A stretch of DNA of 64,000 bases from a virus: the IMG/VR virus record IMGVR_UViG_3300050120_000158, positions 1 to 64,000 of that record; one strand, written 5' to 3'. Numbering within the stretch: position 1 is the first letter of the stretch; each line of letters starts with the position of its first letter. A program made the position numbers and the translations under genes. Positions 29,125 to 39,053 of the stretch are shown in pieces. The notes beneath the pieces are model-generated. The model was given only the letters and a program-made list of their open reading frames with translations, was not told the DNA's origin and did no database searches.

Positions 29125-29354
29125 TAGGCAACCGGCAATTCGATCAGTGCGCTACCGGCTAGCTCAAGCTGTTCTGGCTGACACCAACGAATATCTCGCT
29201 CTCCGTGGACCTGAAAGCCGAACTTCCAATCGTCCCGCGCAACAGCGGAGTTGCTGGGTCCAATTATAAGGATAGCAAACTTGCCGTCGAGCATCCGGCA
29301 AATAGGCGCGGGGTCCGTGACTAGCCACCACTCCCTGAGTTCTTCCCGCTTCAT
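29124..29354 (-). CDS. hypothetical protein
   Basis: Coupled overlaps on both sides. Confidence 0.55.
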   Translation of the reverse strand: MKREELREWWLVTDPAPICRMLDGKFAILIIGPSNSAVARDDWKFGFQVHGERDIRWCQPEQLELAGSALIELPVA

Positions 29355-29881
29355 ATCCCGGCCTGCTTAAGTTCTTCTGGGATTTTGTGCTTATACCCCA
29401 CCCTCACAACGGCAAAGCCGGTACGCACGCCAAGGATGGCCGAATGCGCCTTGTAGCGGTCGCGGACGTTCGACATATAGAGCGCCCGCAAATACTGGAA
29501 GCGCGTTTCCAGCGCATAGTATTCTTCGGCTTCTTTCATGGTCGGAAACAGGATCGTATCGTCTAGGTTCTTGATGGTATCCTGCGGCTTGGACGATAAC
29601 CGGGTTGCCGCCGCTACCATCTCAAACGAGCGAGCGGTTTGCTCTTTCTGCAACTCGTTGAGTTCGGTTTGCAGGCTGGCCATCTCGCAGAAAATAATAC
29701 GCTCCTGATCGTTAAGATAGCCGATGATCGTTTCGCCGGGGCCGACCGGTTCAAGCTCGACGTTGGCTTGCTGTTCGCGGAGCATCTTCCGCTGGCGAAG
29801 ATCGATAATCGTGGCTTCATCGATCTTGGGGGCTGTTGTGAATTGTTCACCTTCCGACACTGGCTTTTCCTTTCGGTACAA
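29351..29881 (-). CDS. hypothetical protein
   Basis: ORF. Confidence 0.65.
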   Translation of the reverse strand: MYRKEKPVSEGEQFTTAPKIDEATIIDLRQRKMLREQQANVELEPVGPGETIIGYLNDQERIIFCEMASLQTELNELQKEQTARSFEMVAAATRLSSKPQDTIKNLDDTILFPTMKEAEEYYALETRFQYLRALYMSNVRDRYKAHSAILGVRTGFAVVRVGYKHKIPEELKQAGI

Positions 29882-30416
29882 CTATGAGGCGCTTGTTCAG
29901 AGGCCGTGCAGGAACCTGCAACGGCACGCCAAGCCTCGGCTTAATTCCACCACTGGGCGGTTTAATGCCCGCTGGCAGGACGATTTCGATCCCCTTCTTG
30001 GTCCCGGCGTTGTCGCCGTTAAAACGAATATCCGCAGTTTTGCCGGATTGCACCGACGAAATGGTGGCGACTTGATCCTCGCCAATGGAAAGTACCGCGT
30101 CCTCTTTGCTGACCCGCAAACCATCGAAGTATTGGGCTTCGGTGATTTCCTTTTCGACAAAAAGCTTGTGCCACTTGCGCACGTCGATAACGTTGCTTTC
30201 CGCCGTGGCCCACATGTATTCCGCACCATCGATCACAACCTTGGTCTTGGCGGGGAACGCTTCCTCCTGCATGAAGGATTTGAACAGGTTTTTGGCCGCC
30301 GTGTTGCCCTTGTTGAAGGTGTTATTGGCGTCCTTCTTGACCACGTTTAGCGCAGCCCAGTCCTTGAGCGATTGGATCAAGTCATTGTAAAGCTTGGCGT
30401 TTTTGAGTGTGGGCAC
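29847..30416 (-). CDS. hypothetical protein
   Basis: GGAG RBS; promoter upstream. Confidence 0.7.
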   Translation of the reverse strand: MPTLKNAKLYNDLIQSLKDWAALNVVKKDANNTFNKGNTAAKNLFKSFMQEEAFPAKTKVVIDGAEYMWATAESNVIDVRKWHKLFVEKEITEAQYFDGLRVSKEDAVLSIGEDQVATISSVQSGKTADIRFNGDNAGTKKGIEIVLPAGIKPPSGGIKPRLGVPLQVPARPLNKRLIVVPKGKASVGR

Positions 30417-30438
30417 GGTCGGCTCTCCGATTGGGTTG

Positions 30439-30466
30439 ATTATAGCATATCGCAGATTATTAGCAA
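30439..30466 (-). promoter_or_regulatory. sigma70-like promoter with extended -10
   Basis: TTGCTA-N16-TATAAT, TG-N-TATAAT. Confidence 0.6.
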
Positions 30467-30475
30467 GTACCTAGC

Positions 30476-30503
30476 AAAAACCCCCGGACTTTCATCCGGG
30501 GGC
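30476..30503 (-). terminator. intrinsic terminator
   Basis: CCCCCGGA/TCCGGGGG stem plus U5. Confidence 0.8.
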
Positions 30504-30515
30504 TTAGGGGAAGTA

Positions 30516-30584
30516 TTCGCCGCGTACAGGGATCGAACCCGCACACCCTGCACTGTTGGTCAACTACGCAGAAGTCACCGGCGT
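30516..30584 (-). ncRNA. possible degenerate tRNA-like element
   Basis: GGTTCGATCC T-loop and an imperfect acceptor stem; no clear D arm or anticodon arm. Confidence 0.25.
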
Positions 30585-30650
30585 TGTCGGCATCTGGAAA
30601 GGTTCATGGATACCCTTCCTAACCTAGTGGACGGATTACTTCCAAGCTTC

Positions 30651-31094
30651 TTACGAACCGGCAGGGGCAACCGGAGCGACAGGCGGGGTCGGGGTCGCAG
30701 CAGCGACAACAGCAGCGGCGGCGGCCGGGTCGGTCTCGGCGGGGGCGGCGACAACAGCAGCGGCGGCGGTCGCAACAGCGGTCGAGTGGGTAACGAGGGT
30801 CTGCTTGAAAGTGCCAAGCTGGCCAACAGCCGCTTCAAGCGCAGCATCGTCGCCGGAAGCCTGCGCAGCAACAGCCGCGTCGATCAGGGGAATGATGCTG
30901 TTGATGGTGGTGCCGAGATCGGTGACGGCGTTAACAACGTCGGTGGTGGACTGTTTCATGTAGCGCTCCATGTGGATATCTCTGGCTGTAAGTTTCCTAA
31001 CTTCGCCCGCCAGTTCAAGCAAAGCTAATTCAACGAGAGAAAGACCTTCCTCGACCGTTCTGCGGCGTTTACGTTGCGGCCACTTGTCGAACAT
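30651..31094 (-). CDS. Ala-rich hypothetical protein
   Basis: ORF, codon bias. Confidence 0.6.
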   Translation of the reverse strand: MFDKWPQRKRRRTVEEGLSLVELALLELAGEVRKLTARDIHMERYMKQSTTDVVNAVTDLGTTINSIIPLIDAAVAAQASGDDAALEAAVGQLGTFKQTLVTHSTAVATAAAAVVAAPAETDPAAAAAVVAAATPTPPVAPVAPAGS

Positions 31095-31097
31095 GGA

Positions 31098-31262
31098 TCA
31101 AATTCTCCCGAGTAAGAGTAGGATAAGTAGCACGACAACGATAAGCCCAAGGCCACCGCCACCGTAGTACCCCGTTCCATAGAATGGTCCGCCGCCAATT
31201 CCAGCGAACCCACCAAGCAACGCGATAACGAGAATGATCAGGATGATCGTGCCTAAGCTCAT
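31098..31262 (-). CDS. DUF3309-family small membrane protein
   Basis: MSLGTIILIILVIALLGGFAGIGGGPFYGTGYYGGGGLGLIVVVLLILLLLGRI; GGAG RBS. Confidence 0.8.
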   Translation of the reverse strand: MSLGTIILIILVIALLGGFAGIGGGPFYGTGYYGGGGLGLIVVVLLILLLLGRI

Positions 31263-31330
31263 GGCTGGCTCCATCTGTTAAAATTGTAGTCCTTAATAAC
31301 GCGCCGGGTCAAGTGAAGGTTCCGTGACAT

Positions 31331-31573
31331 TTATCCTTCCGTAAACAGCTTCGGTATCGCATCAAACGCCGGGGTGCCCAGCAAACGAGACTGCATCCGC
31401 ATTCGGAGAACATCGACGCCCGGCTTATGGTCGTCGGCGTTACCCAGAGCAAGATCAGTGAAACGTTTTATGTCGGCTTCCGGGTCCAGCATACCGCAAT
31501 CGTTCTCGCGGACAGCGCGAGCATATGCTTCTGCCATGGCAATCCTATAGTGTGTTTCGCTAACCTCGGTCAT
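31331..31573 (-). CDS. hypothetical protein
   Basis: ATGA overlap with pol. Confidence 0.6.
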   Translation of the reverse strand: MTEVSETHYRIAMAEAYARAVRENDCGMLDPEADIKRFTDLALGNADDHKPGVDVLRMRMQSRLLGTPAFDAIPKLFTEG

Positions 31574-34329
31574 GCTGCTTTCCTTGCTGGTAGTCGGATA
31601 ACCCGGAACGGCGGTCTGGATTTTGCAGGTTCCTGCACGGGCTTTTTCTTGGCGTCCTCGATTGCCTTAACGTGTTCGAACGTGGTGATCTTCGCGTCGC
31701 CCAAAATCTTCTTGTCGAGTTCAATCATCTTGGCCAAGTTCATGCCGATAGATACGTCCGCAATGATTGGGATTGGCGGCGTAAAGCCAAACCATTCCTT
31801 AAGCGGATTTGTTTCCATGTAGCGCTTTACTTCTCGGGCCGCTTCCATTTCACGGCCCTTACGAGCAATACAAATAATAGCATCGTGAACGAAACCAATA
31901 ACCCGAACATAGTTATGATCAAGCCCAGCATTAATCCTAGCGAGCGCAATAAGACCAAGATCGGAACCGAAGCCCTGTACTGGTGAATTGACGGCCATAC
32001 GTTCTGCGGACGAAGCAACGCCATCGTCGTCCACAACAACAGCAGGCAAATGACGAACCCGACCATCGATGCACCTGACATATTTATGTATCCTTACGAA
32101 TGCCTTGACGCTTTCATGCCACGACGACAAGGCGCGGTACTTGCTAAAGAACGCACCGCGAATTCTTTTACCTTCTTCCTCGGTGTAGTCGATGCCGTAA
32201 TCCGTCTTGGCATAAATGACGAACTTGCGGAAACCCATGCCATATATAAAGCCGAAGTTGACGGCCTTGGCACGGTACCGCCCCAGAGCATACTTTTCGG
32301 GGTCGTTTTGCTTGAGGGCCATAAAGGCTTCAAGGCTAATTCCCATGACGATAGCCGCCGTCATGCAGTGAATATCGCCGCCTTCCTTGTAAATCTTGAG
32401 GAAGGTCGGCTCTTTCGAGAGAATGCCAGCGATACGAAGTTCTAGCTGCGAATAGTCGGCTTCCAGTAAGACCCATCCGTCAGGAGCTTCGAAGATAGCT
32501 CGATACTCTTTTGCGAACTCGCCGCGCTTGGGGAAGTTTTGCCCATTTGGATTATCTGACGCAGATCGTCCGGTGACGGTTGCATGCAACTTATAAGATG
32601 GTCGGATATAACCGCCGTTGATATATTGCCAGAAGCCAGTGGCATCAACCCACTTTCCTTCGCTGTCTTGATGCCTGTCACGCCCTATGTACGTGGTAAG
32701 CATCTTCTCGTTTTTGACGTAAGCAATAAGGTCGGCAATTAGATCGCACGTCTTCTCGACGCCGTTCCAATCCTTATACGTCCCGCGCATGTGCTTGCCG
32801 ATGAAGTACGGCAGATGCGTCTTGGTTGATGTAGAGGCTAGACCGGATTTGGTCTTATGGAGCGGCTTGATCTTTAGGCCGTCTTTATGGTCGAACAGGA
32901 AATCCCGCAACAGCACTTCGCGGGTTAGTTTGAGGCCGACGCCTGTATTCTCGAATTTGTCTCGTATCGTTTTCGGGATAAGCGACATAAGCCGCTTGCG
33001 TTCAAAGTCCTGTTTCTTTTGGACCTTTACCCGAAGCGTTTCAAGCGCGATCCTGTTGACCTTGAAGCCGCGAGGCTCGATATCGCAGAACGCTCGCAAG
33101 GCCGGTAGCACTACGCGGTTATAGCAATTCAATAGCTTGGGATCGGCGGCGATCTTCGCCTTAAGGATCGTCCTTAGCTGGAATGTGCAGTCGCTATCCG
33201 CCGCGCTATAGGCAAGAATGTCTTCGGGCGGCACAAGGTCCATGCGGGCCATGTCATAGCCCTTACGCCGGAACTCGTCTTTGTAGCCCGCCATCTCAGG
33301 AAGATAGACCCGGGCGATATCGTCAAGCGCCTTGCTCAACATGTTTTCGTTAATCATGTGAACAAGCATAAGAACGTCATCCGCATAGTTTGCGATCTTG
33401 ACACCTATCTTGGTAAGCAGGAAAAGGAAATCGTACTTGAGGTTCTGGCCTACTACCTCGCAATCCTTGTTCTCAAGTAATGTCTTGAGTTGTGCGATTA
33501 ATTTGGTTCGCGTCCCCGGCGCTATCGGATACCCGGGGTAGTCAATTGGAACAACGTAGCTGTCGCCAGCCTTATCAGTAAGCTGTACGGTGAGTATCTT
33601 ACTGTGGGGGTTGTACCAGTGGGAGAACTCTGCGGTGCCGAATGCGCTTGTCTCCGTATCGACCGCCAGAACCTTCGGCTTCCGATTGATCAGGAATTGA
33701 AGATCGGTACACCACTTATAGTTTTTGGCCGGGCCAGTTGGACCGCCGACTTTGAAATCGTTTTTGATGATCTGCATCGCCGTTCGCATATCGGCGGTAA
33801 ACAGTTCGGCATGCTCTGGCACTCGCAAGACATGACCAAGCCCAAGCATTGGCATGATAGGAACGCCTAGCGTTTCGTCCTCAATGGCAACACCGCGAAG
33901 CTTGGTGATCTTGGCCGGTCGATTGAGGACTTGCCGTATCGCCGCCTTGCCTTGCGCTATGACCAGCCTTGGCTTGAGCGCATGGAACGCTTCCATGAAT
34001 TTCGGGTGATCGTTCTTGATTGCCTTGCCGAGTTTCGAGTCGCTTGTCCAAGCGTCCTTGTCGATTGGGTTGCATGCGCTGACAAAACAAACGTTATCCC
34101 CGGAAAGCCCAGCCTCTTTCATGAACGGTGCAAGCTGGGTAAGTAGCCGGTTATGCATCGGCTTGGGGTTAACGTCGAAGAACTCGCCCTCGTAAACGAT
34201 TGGATCGACCACGATCATTACCGGCGCGGCGGGGTTACCCTGCCACGGCAGTTTGCAGGTTCCTGCAAGGTTTCCGCGTCCATTGAGAACGGTGCGGCGC
34301 TTCGGTAGCTGAATTACTCTAAGAGCCAT
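31570..34329 (-). CDS. polA: family A DNA polymerase with N-terminal UDG-like and 3'-5' exonuclease domains
   Basis: DTET, NLKYD; TGRSAS..PN.QNFP; DYSQLELR; RAKAVNFGFIYG; VHDA; N-terminal PRLVIAQGKAA..ITKLRG. Confidence 0.93.
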   Translation of the reverse strand: MALRVIQLPKRRTVLNGRGNLAGTCKLPWQGNPAAPVMIVVDPIVYEGEFFDVNPKPMHNRLLTQLAPFMKEAGLSGDNVCFVSACNPIDKDAWTSDSKLGKAIKNDHPKFMEAFHALKPRLVIAQGKAAIRQVLNRPAKITKLRGVAIEDETLGVPIMPMLGLGHVLRVPEHAELFTADMRTAMQIIKNDFKVGGPTGPAKNYKWCTDLQFLINRKPKVLAVDTETSAFGTAEFSHWYNPHSKILTVQLTDKAGDSYVVPIDYPGYPIAPGTRTKLIAQLKTLLENKDCEVVGQNLKYDFLFLLTKIGVKIANYADDVLMLVHMINENMLSKALDDIARVYLPEMAGYKDEFRRKGYDMARMDLVPPEDILAYSAADSDCTFQLRTILKAKIAADPKLLNCYNRVVLPALRAFCDIEPRGFKVNRIALETLRVKVQKKQDFERKRLMSLIPKTIRDKFENTGVGLKLTREVLLRDFLFDHKDGLKIKPLHKTKSGLASTSTKTHLPYFIGKHMRGTYKDWNGVEKTCDLIADLIAYVKNEKMLTTYIGRDRHQDSEGKWVDATGFWQYINGGYIRPSYKLHATVTGRSASDNPNGQNFPKRGEFAKEYRAIFEAPDGWVLLEADYSQLELRIAGILSKEPTFLKIYKEGGDIHCMTAAIVMGISLEAFMALKQNDPEKYALGRYRAKAVNFGFIYGMGFRKFVIYAKTDYGIDYTEEEGKRIRGAFFSKYRALSSWHESVKAFVRIHKYVRCIDGRVRHLPAVVVDDDGVASSAERMAVNSPVQGFGSDLGLIALARINAGLDHNYVRVIGFVHDAIICIARKGREMEAAREVKRYMETNPLKEWFGFTPPIPIIADVSIGMNLAKMIELDKKILGDAKITTFEHVKAIEDAKKKPVQEPAKSRPPFRVIRLPARKAA

Positions 34330-34936
34330 CGAATTTTATAAATTCCGTGTTGCCGCTTACATATAGAGGATGCCGGGGAAAGCCGTCTTTGGTCAAGCCC
34401 AAGCAAACTGTCTTGTCATGGTATTTGTCTACTTCGTCCAAAACCCTGTGTGCTATCGGCATCCATCGCGGGTTAAGTGCGCCGTAGGCCATGACGATTA
34501 GATCGGCCTCTTTGGCGAACGCTGCGATGGTAGCAAAATTGTTGACGCTGAAAGGCGGCACATTGTTTCGGTAACGGTCGTTAAGCAGATCGGATGGATG
34601 CGTCGCCCGATAGTCCATTAGGTTGCACTTTACCATAGAATGCTTGGCTTCACGCCAAGTGAAGCCCATCTCTCGGCGAATGGTCGGGTCGTCTACATTT
34701 CCTTCGCCGACCGATGGGTTATGACCTATCCATAGGATATAGCCTTCCCCGCGACAGGTTCTAGTACGTTTAAGAATGTGCCGGTAGCAACCGTCATTAC
34801 TGAATACCGCGTCTCCGACAATTCCCGGCTGTAACGCCCAACGCTTAGAGCCGCCCGCGTCGTGTTTTGCAGGTTCCTGCAAGCGCGGCTTGGATATGCC
34901 TTTCAGAAAGCGGGGTGGGCGGATAATCAAACCCAT
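34319..34936 (-). CDS. DUF1643-family protein
   Basis: YRHILKR; WIGHNPS; DDPTIRR; TKDGFPRHPLY. Confidence 0.85.
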   Translation of the reverse strand: MGLIIRPPRFLKGISKPRLQEPAKHDAGGSKRWALQPGIVGDAVFSNDGCYRHILKRTRTCRGEGYILWIGHNPSVGEGNVDDPTIRREMGFTWREAKHSMVKCNLMDYRATHPSDLLNDRYRNNVPPFSVNNFATIAAFAKEADLIVMAYGALNPRWMPIAHRVLDEVDKYHDKTVCLGLTKDGFPRHPLYVSGNTEFIKFDGS

Positions 34937-35493
34937 TAGCCTAGGACCTGTCCGATAATATCCCACATATGTTCGACCGGCATAGCATTGTTCCGGTTGA
35001 ACTCGTTATCGGGGGCGGTCCCGATTGGCACAAGCACCCTTGGCGAATTGCCGGAACTGCCTATCTTGGTCATGATCGAGGCGGACGGTCGGTCGGTGAA
35101 GCTCTCATGGTACTTCATGCCATGCATGTTGTAGCTCTGGCCCGCCGAGATCAAACGCATTGCCGGGTGATGGAGCATAACCTTGAATGCGCCAGCGACC
35201 GGCTCAAGCACAGTGTCCTCGCCGTCGCGTGTTACCGGTTCGAACAGCGCATGCGTTGGCGCGTCGGTGACCTTGCTGAAATCGTAAACGGCGTTGATCA
35301 GTCTGCCGACGATAATCTCGCTTCGAAAGTTAAACCGGTGATTATGGATCGAGGTATCGATCTTCTGCCGGGGCAAGTCCGGGTGCCCCCAGATATGCAA
35401 GCGCTGGCCATTCTTGAAATCCAGTTGCATGAAGCCGTTACCGTGGATACGTGGAACGGTGCCTATCTCTTGTAAGTCTCTGATACTAATCAT
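34936..35493 (-). CDS. cupin-like hypothetical protein
   Basis: IHNHRFNFRSEIIVG...YHES. Confidence 0.6.
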   Translation of the reverse strand: MISIRDLQEIGTVPRIHGNGFMQLDFKNGQRLHIWGHPDLPRQKIDTSIHNHRFNFRSEIIVGRLINAVYDFSKVTDAPTHALFEPVTRDGEDTVLEPVAGAFKVMLHHPAMRLISAGQSYNMHGMKYHESFTDRPSASIMTKIGSSGNSPRVLVPIGTAPDNEFNRNNAMPVEHMWDIIGQVLG

Positions 35494-35500
35494 CTTTCCC

Positions 35501-36811
35501 TCAGATCATATGGCTCATGTCTTGTTGCACGGTTTCTTCTTCCTCGTTATTCGAAGCTGCACTTACAAAGTCGAAACATACCGGGGAGAACTCGTACTTG
35601 AATTGAAAGCGCCCACCCTCGCCTTCGCGGCCTTTCATGATGGCCGCCCAGCGTCGGATTTCAGATAGCGGAGGGAACGCTTTTGCGACGCCCAAGACGC
35701 ATGACGATGCTTGGCCGATAACATCGGTTTCCGCGATCTTGGCGAGAGACAGGTGCGAAGTAGGGTTTGTGTTCTGTTGACTGTCCCGGGTCCGCACTCG
35801 TTCCGCCGAACGGTTGAACTGTGTGCTTTGGACAAGCGGTCGGCGGCGCTCAATGGTGATCCGCTTCAAATCTTCGATTGTATCGCTGATCGTTTCCCGG
35901 CGACCATCGGAATTCTTGCGCTTGGTGCTGGACTTAAGCAAGTACCCCGCATCAACGAAAATGATATCCGGGTCCGTTGCGTCCGCTACCGATTGGACGG
36001 TTTCTACTGATTTCTTGAAACCCCCAGCGATGACATTGAACGGAATGCCATTCTGTACCATCCCCGTTGCATGATCCTGCAACTGGTTTGCCATGAAAGA
36101 CGATAGACGCCCCTTGCGGATTAGATCGGGATTGATCTTGGTGTGAATACCAAACAAACGCCGGATCAATTGGGTTACGCCAAGTTCCATAGATACGAAC
36201 AGGACGTTATACCCGGCATTCCAAGCGGCATACGCCATGATCAGCATCATGTAGGTTTTGCCAACACCAATACGCCCGATCACGGAGATAAGATCGTCCG
36301 CGAACCATCCGCCAGTAATGTCGTTTAGGTAATTCCAGCCGGTCGGGATACCGCGCAATCCAGAGGTGCGGTGCGCGTCGTCATAGTCCTGTAGAACGCT
36401 CTCTAGCCCGGCTTGCAGGGTCGCGAACTCAGACGACGCGGATACGAAGCTGGCCGACCGCTGGATAACTTCACGGGCCATGGCAACGAAAGCATCCGGG
36501 TCTTTGCGTTCGATGGCATTTCGGAATTCATTGAACGGGTCCATCAGGGCGCTATAGAGTGCGCGCTTCCTGCCTTGATCCAAGTAGAACGATAGCGGCT
36601 GAGCTACCTGCAACGTAGTTATGCCGGTCTGCCGCCTAAACATGTTGGCGTCGGGAAATGCCCGGTACTGCGTAACATGGTCGCGCAGATATCGGAACGC
36701 CGCTAATTCGTCGGCTTCTTCGAAGTAGCTTTCAGGAGTATCGCGGATCGCGGCGGTGCTGCCGCTTCTACGCAAGGCCGATAAAAGATTAACGCCCGTA
36801 GGTGTTGCCAT
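35501..36811 (-). CDS. dnaB: DnaB-like replicative helicase
   Basis: GIPTGW..LNDITGG; GRIGVGKT; SMEL; QFNR. Confidence 0.9.
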   Translation of the reverse strand: MATPTGVNLLSALRRSGSTAAIRDTPESYFEEADELAAFRYLRDHVTQYRAFPDANMFRRQTGITTLQVAQPLSFYLDQGRKRALYSALMDPFNEFRNAIERKDPDAFVAMAREVIQRSASFVSASSEFATLQAGLESVLQDYDDAHRTSGLRGIPTGWNYLNDITGGWFADDLISVIGRIGVGKTYMMLIMAYAAWNAGYNVLFVSMELGVTQLIRRLFGIHTKINPDLIRKGRLSSFMANQLQDHATGMVQNGIPFNVIAGGFKKSVETVQSVADATDPDIIFVDAGYLLKSSTKRKNSDGRRETISDTIEDLKRITIERRRPLVQSTQFNRSAERVRTRDSQQNTNPTSHLSLAKIAETDVIGQASSCVLGVAKAFPPLSEIRRWAAIMKGREGEGGRFQFKYEFSPVCFDFVSAASNNEEEETVQQDMSHMI

Positions 36812-36814
36812 CCG

Positions 36815-37333
36815 TTACACCGCGAACGAACGGAGTAAGCGGCCTTGCGTGACGCGAAAACCTTCGCTCCACCAATCCGCTTCAGCTATCGGCTTTGTCA
36901 TGGAGTAGTAGTTCCGTTTCTTCTGGTTGGTGCGTTCCTGTAGAAATTCCTCGACGTGCATTCGTTGGGCATAGTCCAGTGGCATCGGAATAGAATGATC
37001 ATACATGGTCGCGACATACAGGGCTACCGCCCCGGCGACTTCATCGAATGCAGGGTGGTTATCTTCGGTCACCGCAAGCATGAGCGCGGGCATAGTGACA
37101 TAGCGAACGTTCCGCCCAAGTAGCGCAGCGCCCCGGGCCATTGCCGCAAAGGTCTCGAACCGTGATGCCGAGGCCCCATGAATAACGGCACCTACCCCGG
37201 CAATAATATCCTCACGATAACCATCGGTTTGTAGGTACGTCGCAATCGCCATGTTACAGGTCGATATCCTCGTATCGTGATGACGGAACGGGATGCGGGC
37301 GGCCTTTAGGATTTCGTCGGCAGAGACTTCCAT
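36815..37333 (-). CDS. degenerate DnaC/IstB-like loader
   Basis: ARIPFRH; P-loop decayed; lies between initiator and DnaB. Confidence 0.5.
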   Translation of the reverse strand: MEVSADEILKAARIPFRHHDTRISTCNMAIATYLQTDGYREDIIAGVGAVIHGASASRFETFAAMARGAALLGRNVRYVTMPALMLAVTEDNHPAFDEVAGAVALYVATMYDHSIPMPLDYAQRMHVEEFLQERTNQKKRNYYSMTKPIAEADWWSEGFRVTQGRLLRSFAV

Positions 37334-37935
37334 TATTTATCGTCCCATTTTGGTAGACCAAGACTTACCCGTGCGGCATTGCTCGCAACCGGGTCGGCTT
37401 TATAGCGGTTAATTGGAATACGCTTTAACGGGGCAGGCGGGGCCGCTGGCGCTGGTTTCGGTATTGGCCGGGCCGCGATAGGGGCAGGCGCGGCAACCGT
37501 ACCGTTGAGCCGCTTACCAAGCGGGAGGCTGGCTGCGATTTCCGGCTTGCTCCGCATGAAGCTTGCATGAACCTGCACGAGGTTAGGGATGACGAACTTT
37601 AAGTCCGGCGCTTCCGGTCCTCGCGGGGTACTGAGCGAATAGCTGAAAACCTGCGTCCGAAGTTGCTGCCAGTTCGCAACAATCCAATAAAGGAAGTTGC
37701 ACACGTCCTCATGGCGAAGCCCGCGCTTCGCAACCGCCTGCTTAAGGTTGTTGCCAACCCGGTCAGGGTAGCTAATGACGCTTTCAGGATAGAACTCACG
37801 AAGGGCGTCCTCCCATGTCTTACGCCAAGCGGAATAGTTGCCCTTGGCAATGTTCTTCTTTCGAGAGGTTTGGGCTTTTTCTAAGGTAGACGCGACCACT
37901 GCGCTAAGTAACGCCTGTGTAGCTTGGTTCGGCAT
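37333..37935 (-). CDS. hypothetical protein (possible initiator C-terminal partner)
   Basis: ORF; position in replication cluster. Confidence 0.6.
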   Translation of the reverse strand: MPNQATQALLSAVVASTLEKAQTSRKKNIAKGNYSAWRKTWEDALREFYPESVISYPDRVGNNLKQAVAKRGLRHEDVCNFLYWIVANWQQLRTQVFSYSLSTPRGPEAPDLKFVIPNLVQVHASFMRSKPEIAASLPLGKRLNGTVAAPAPIAARPIPKPAPAAPPAPLKRIPINRYKADPVASNAARVSLGLPKWDDK

Positions 37936-37952
37936 GTGATGCTTTCTGCGTC

Positions 37953-38621
37953 TTACTTTTTGTTGATTTGGATTTTACGCAGTCTTACTGGAACTAAAAC
38001 CTCGGTCGGAGGCGGCATCGCCGCAGGGTTAAAAATTGGATTGTTAAAGTTCTGACTATTAAGAACCCCAGCATCCTTAGTAGGGGCTACCTCAGTATTC
38101 TGAGTGGGGGTACCCAAGAATTTTGAGGTAGCCCCCTCTAGTAGAGCCTGCACCGCCGGGGCCTGTAATACCTTGGCTTGCATCCTTTCGTTAAGCGAGC
38201 GCTGGTACCGTCGAGTGTATGCAACAACATGCTCCCGGTCGATTTCAGCATCACCCCTGATCCTGTACATGTTGGGATTTGACGTGCCGGGGTAACTGCG
38301 GACTTCTACAATCCCTTTGCCTTTAAGATGCTTCAGGCATTCCCAAATCTTGGGTTCGCTTACATCGACCGGAGGTGCAACGAGATTACCATCAGCCGAG
38401 AACACTCCGTTCTTGAAGTGTTTGATCGGGATGCTTTCCCATTCCTTCCGGTAAAGCCTAGTGCGAAGGAAAATGAAGTTGAGAACGTCGCGCTCATACG
38501 TGTCTAGGTATAGTCCGTATGGTGTCATAACGTCCCTCAAGATCGCCCAAGTATCCGCCCACGATGGGTCGCTGCCGCGCGCCGCCATTACGATTATTTC
38601 CCCGAATTTGCTGATACCCAA
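37953..38621 (-). CDS. lambda O-like replication initiator (winged helix)
   Basis: ERDVLNFIFLRTRLYRKEWESI...CLKHLKGKGIV...NMYRI. Confidence 0.65.
   Translation of the reverse strand: MGISKFGEIIVMAARGSDPSWADTWAILRDVMTPYGLYLDTYERDVLNFIFLRTRLYRKEWESIPIKHFKNGVFSADGNLVAPPVDVSEPKIWECLKHLKGKGIVEVRSYPGTSNPNMYRIRGDAEIDREHVVAYTRRYQRSLNERMQAKVLQAPAVQALLEGATSKFLGTPTQNTEVAPTKDAGVLNSQNFNNPIFNPAAMPPPTEVLVPVRLRKIQINKK
38030..38135. promoter_or_regulatory. candidate replication origin (iteron-like repeats plus AT-rich tract)
   Basis: GGGGCTACCTCA 38083 inverted at 38124, related GGGGGTACCCAA at 38106; AT-rich 38030-38062. Confidence 0.5.
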
Positions 38622-38828
38622 TAGTACGATTTACGCGGCGCTGTCGCAATCGCGATGTACTTGGTTTTGCTGCCATATTCGGGGTCTTGACATAGAGCAA
38701 ATCGCGCTTGCAGGTTCCTGCACCCGCATCGCACATTCTTGGCACGTTTCTTGCTTGTTTGGGATACTGCGACGTTTTGTCGCGGTCATGGCGCAGCGCG
38801 GTAAGACTAGAACGCTGCGGGAACAAAA

Positions 38829-39034
38829 CGTCCTACATACGTCCTACAAACGTCCTACGGGCCGTAATCGGCCCATTGATTTCATTGCAGATTTTTGGTT
38901 TGTGTAGGACGTGTGGCGGAGAGGGAGAGCGCCAAGCGGACAGGCAAGAAACCCAATGGTACCAGTCAATCCATTGTACCGATTGACATTTCCAGCTTGC
39001 ACGGCTTAGCTGGGCGTCCTACATACGTCCTACA
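38829..39034. other. attP with arm-type repeats and tRNA-Ser 3'-end core
   Basis: CGTCCTAC x3 (38829-38858), inverted copy ~38903, x2 (39015-39034); core TGGCGGAGAGGGAG 38914-38927 is the reverse complement of CTCCCTCTCCGCCA. Confidence 0.75.
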
Positions 39035-39053
39035 TTGCCGTTGGGTTTTTTTC

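Noticed and set aside
38895-39053. Extended integrase N-terminus
   Set aside because: Overlaps attP; the DUF6538-like domain starts at ATG 39054
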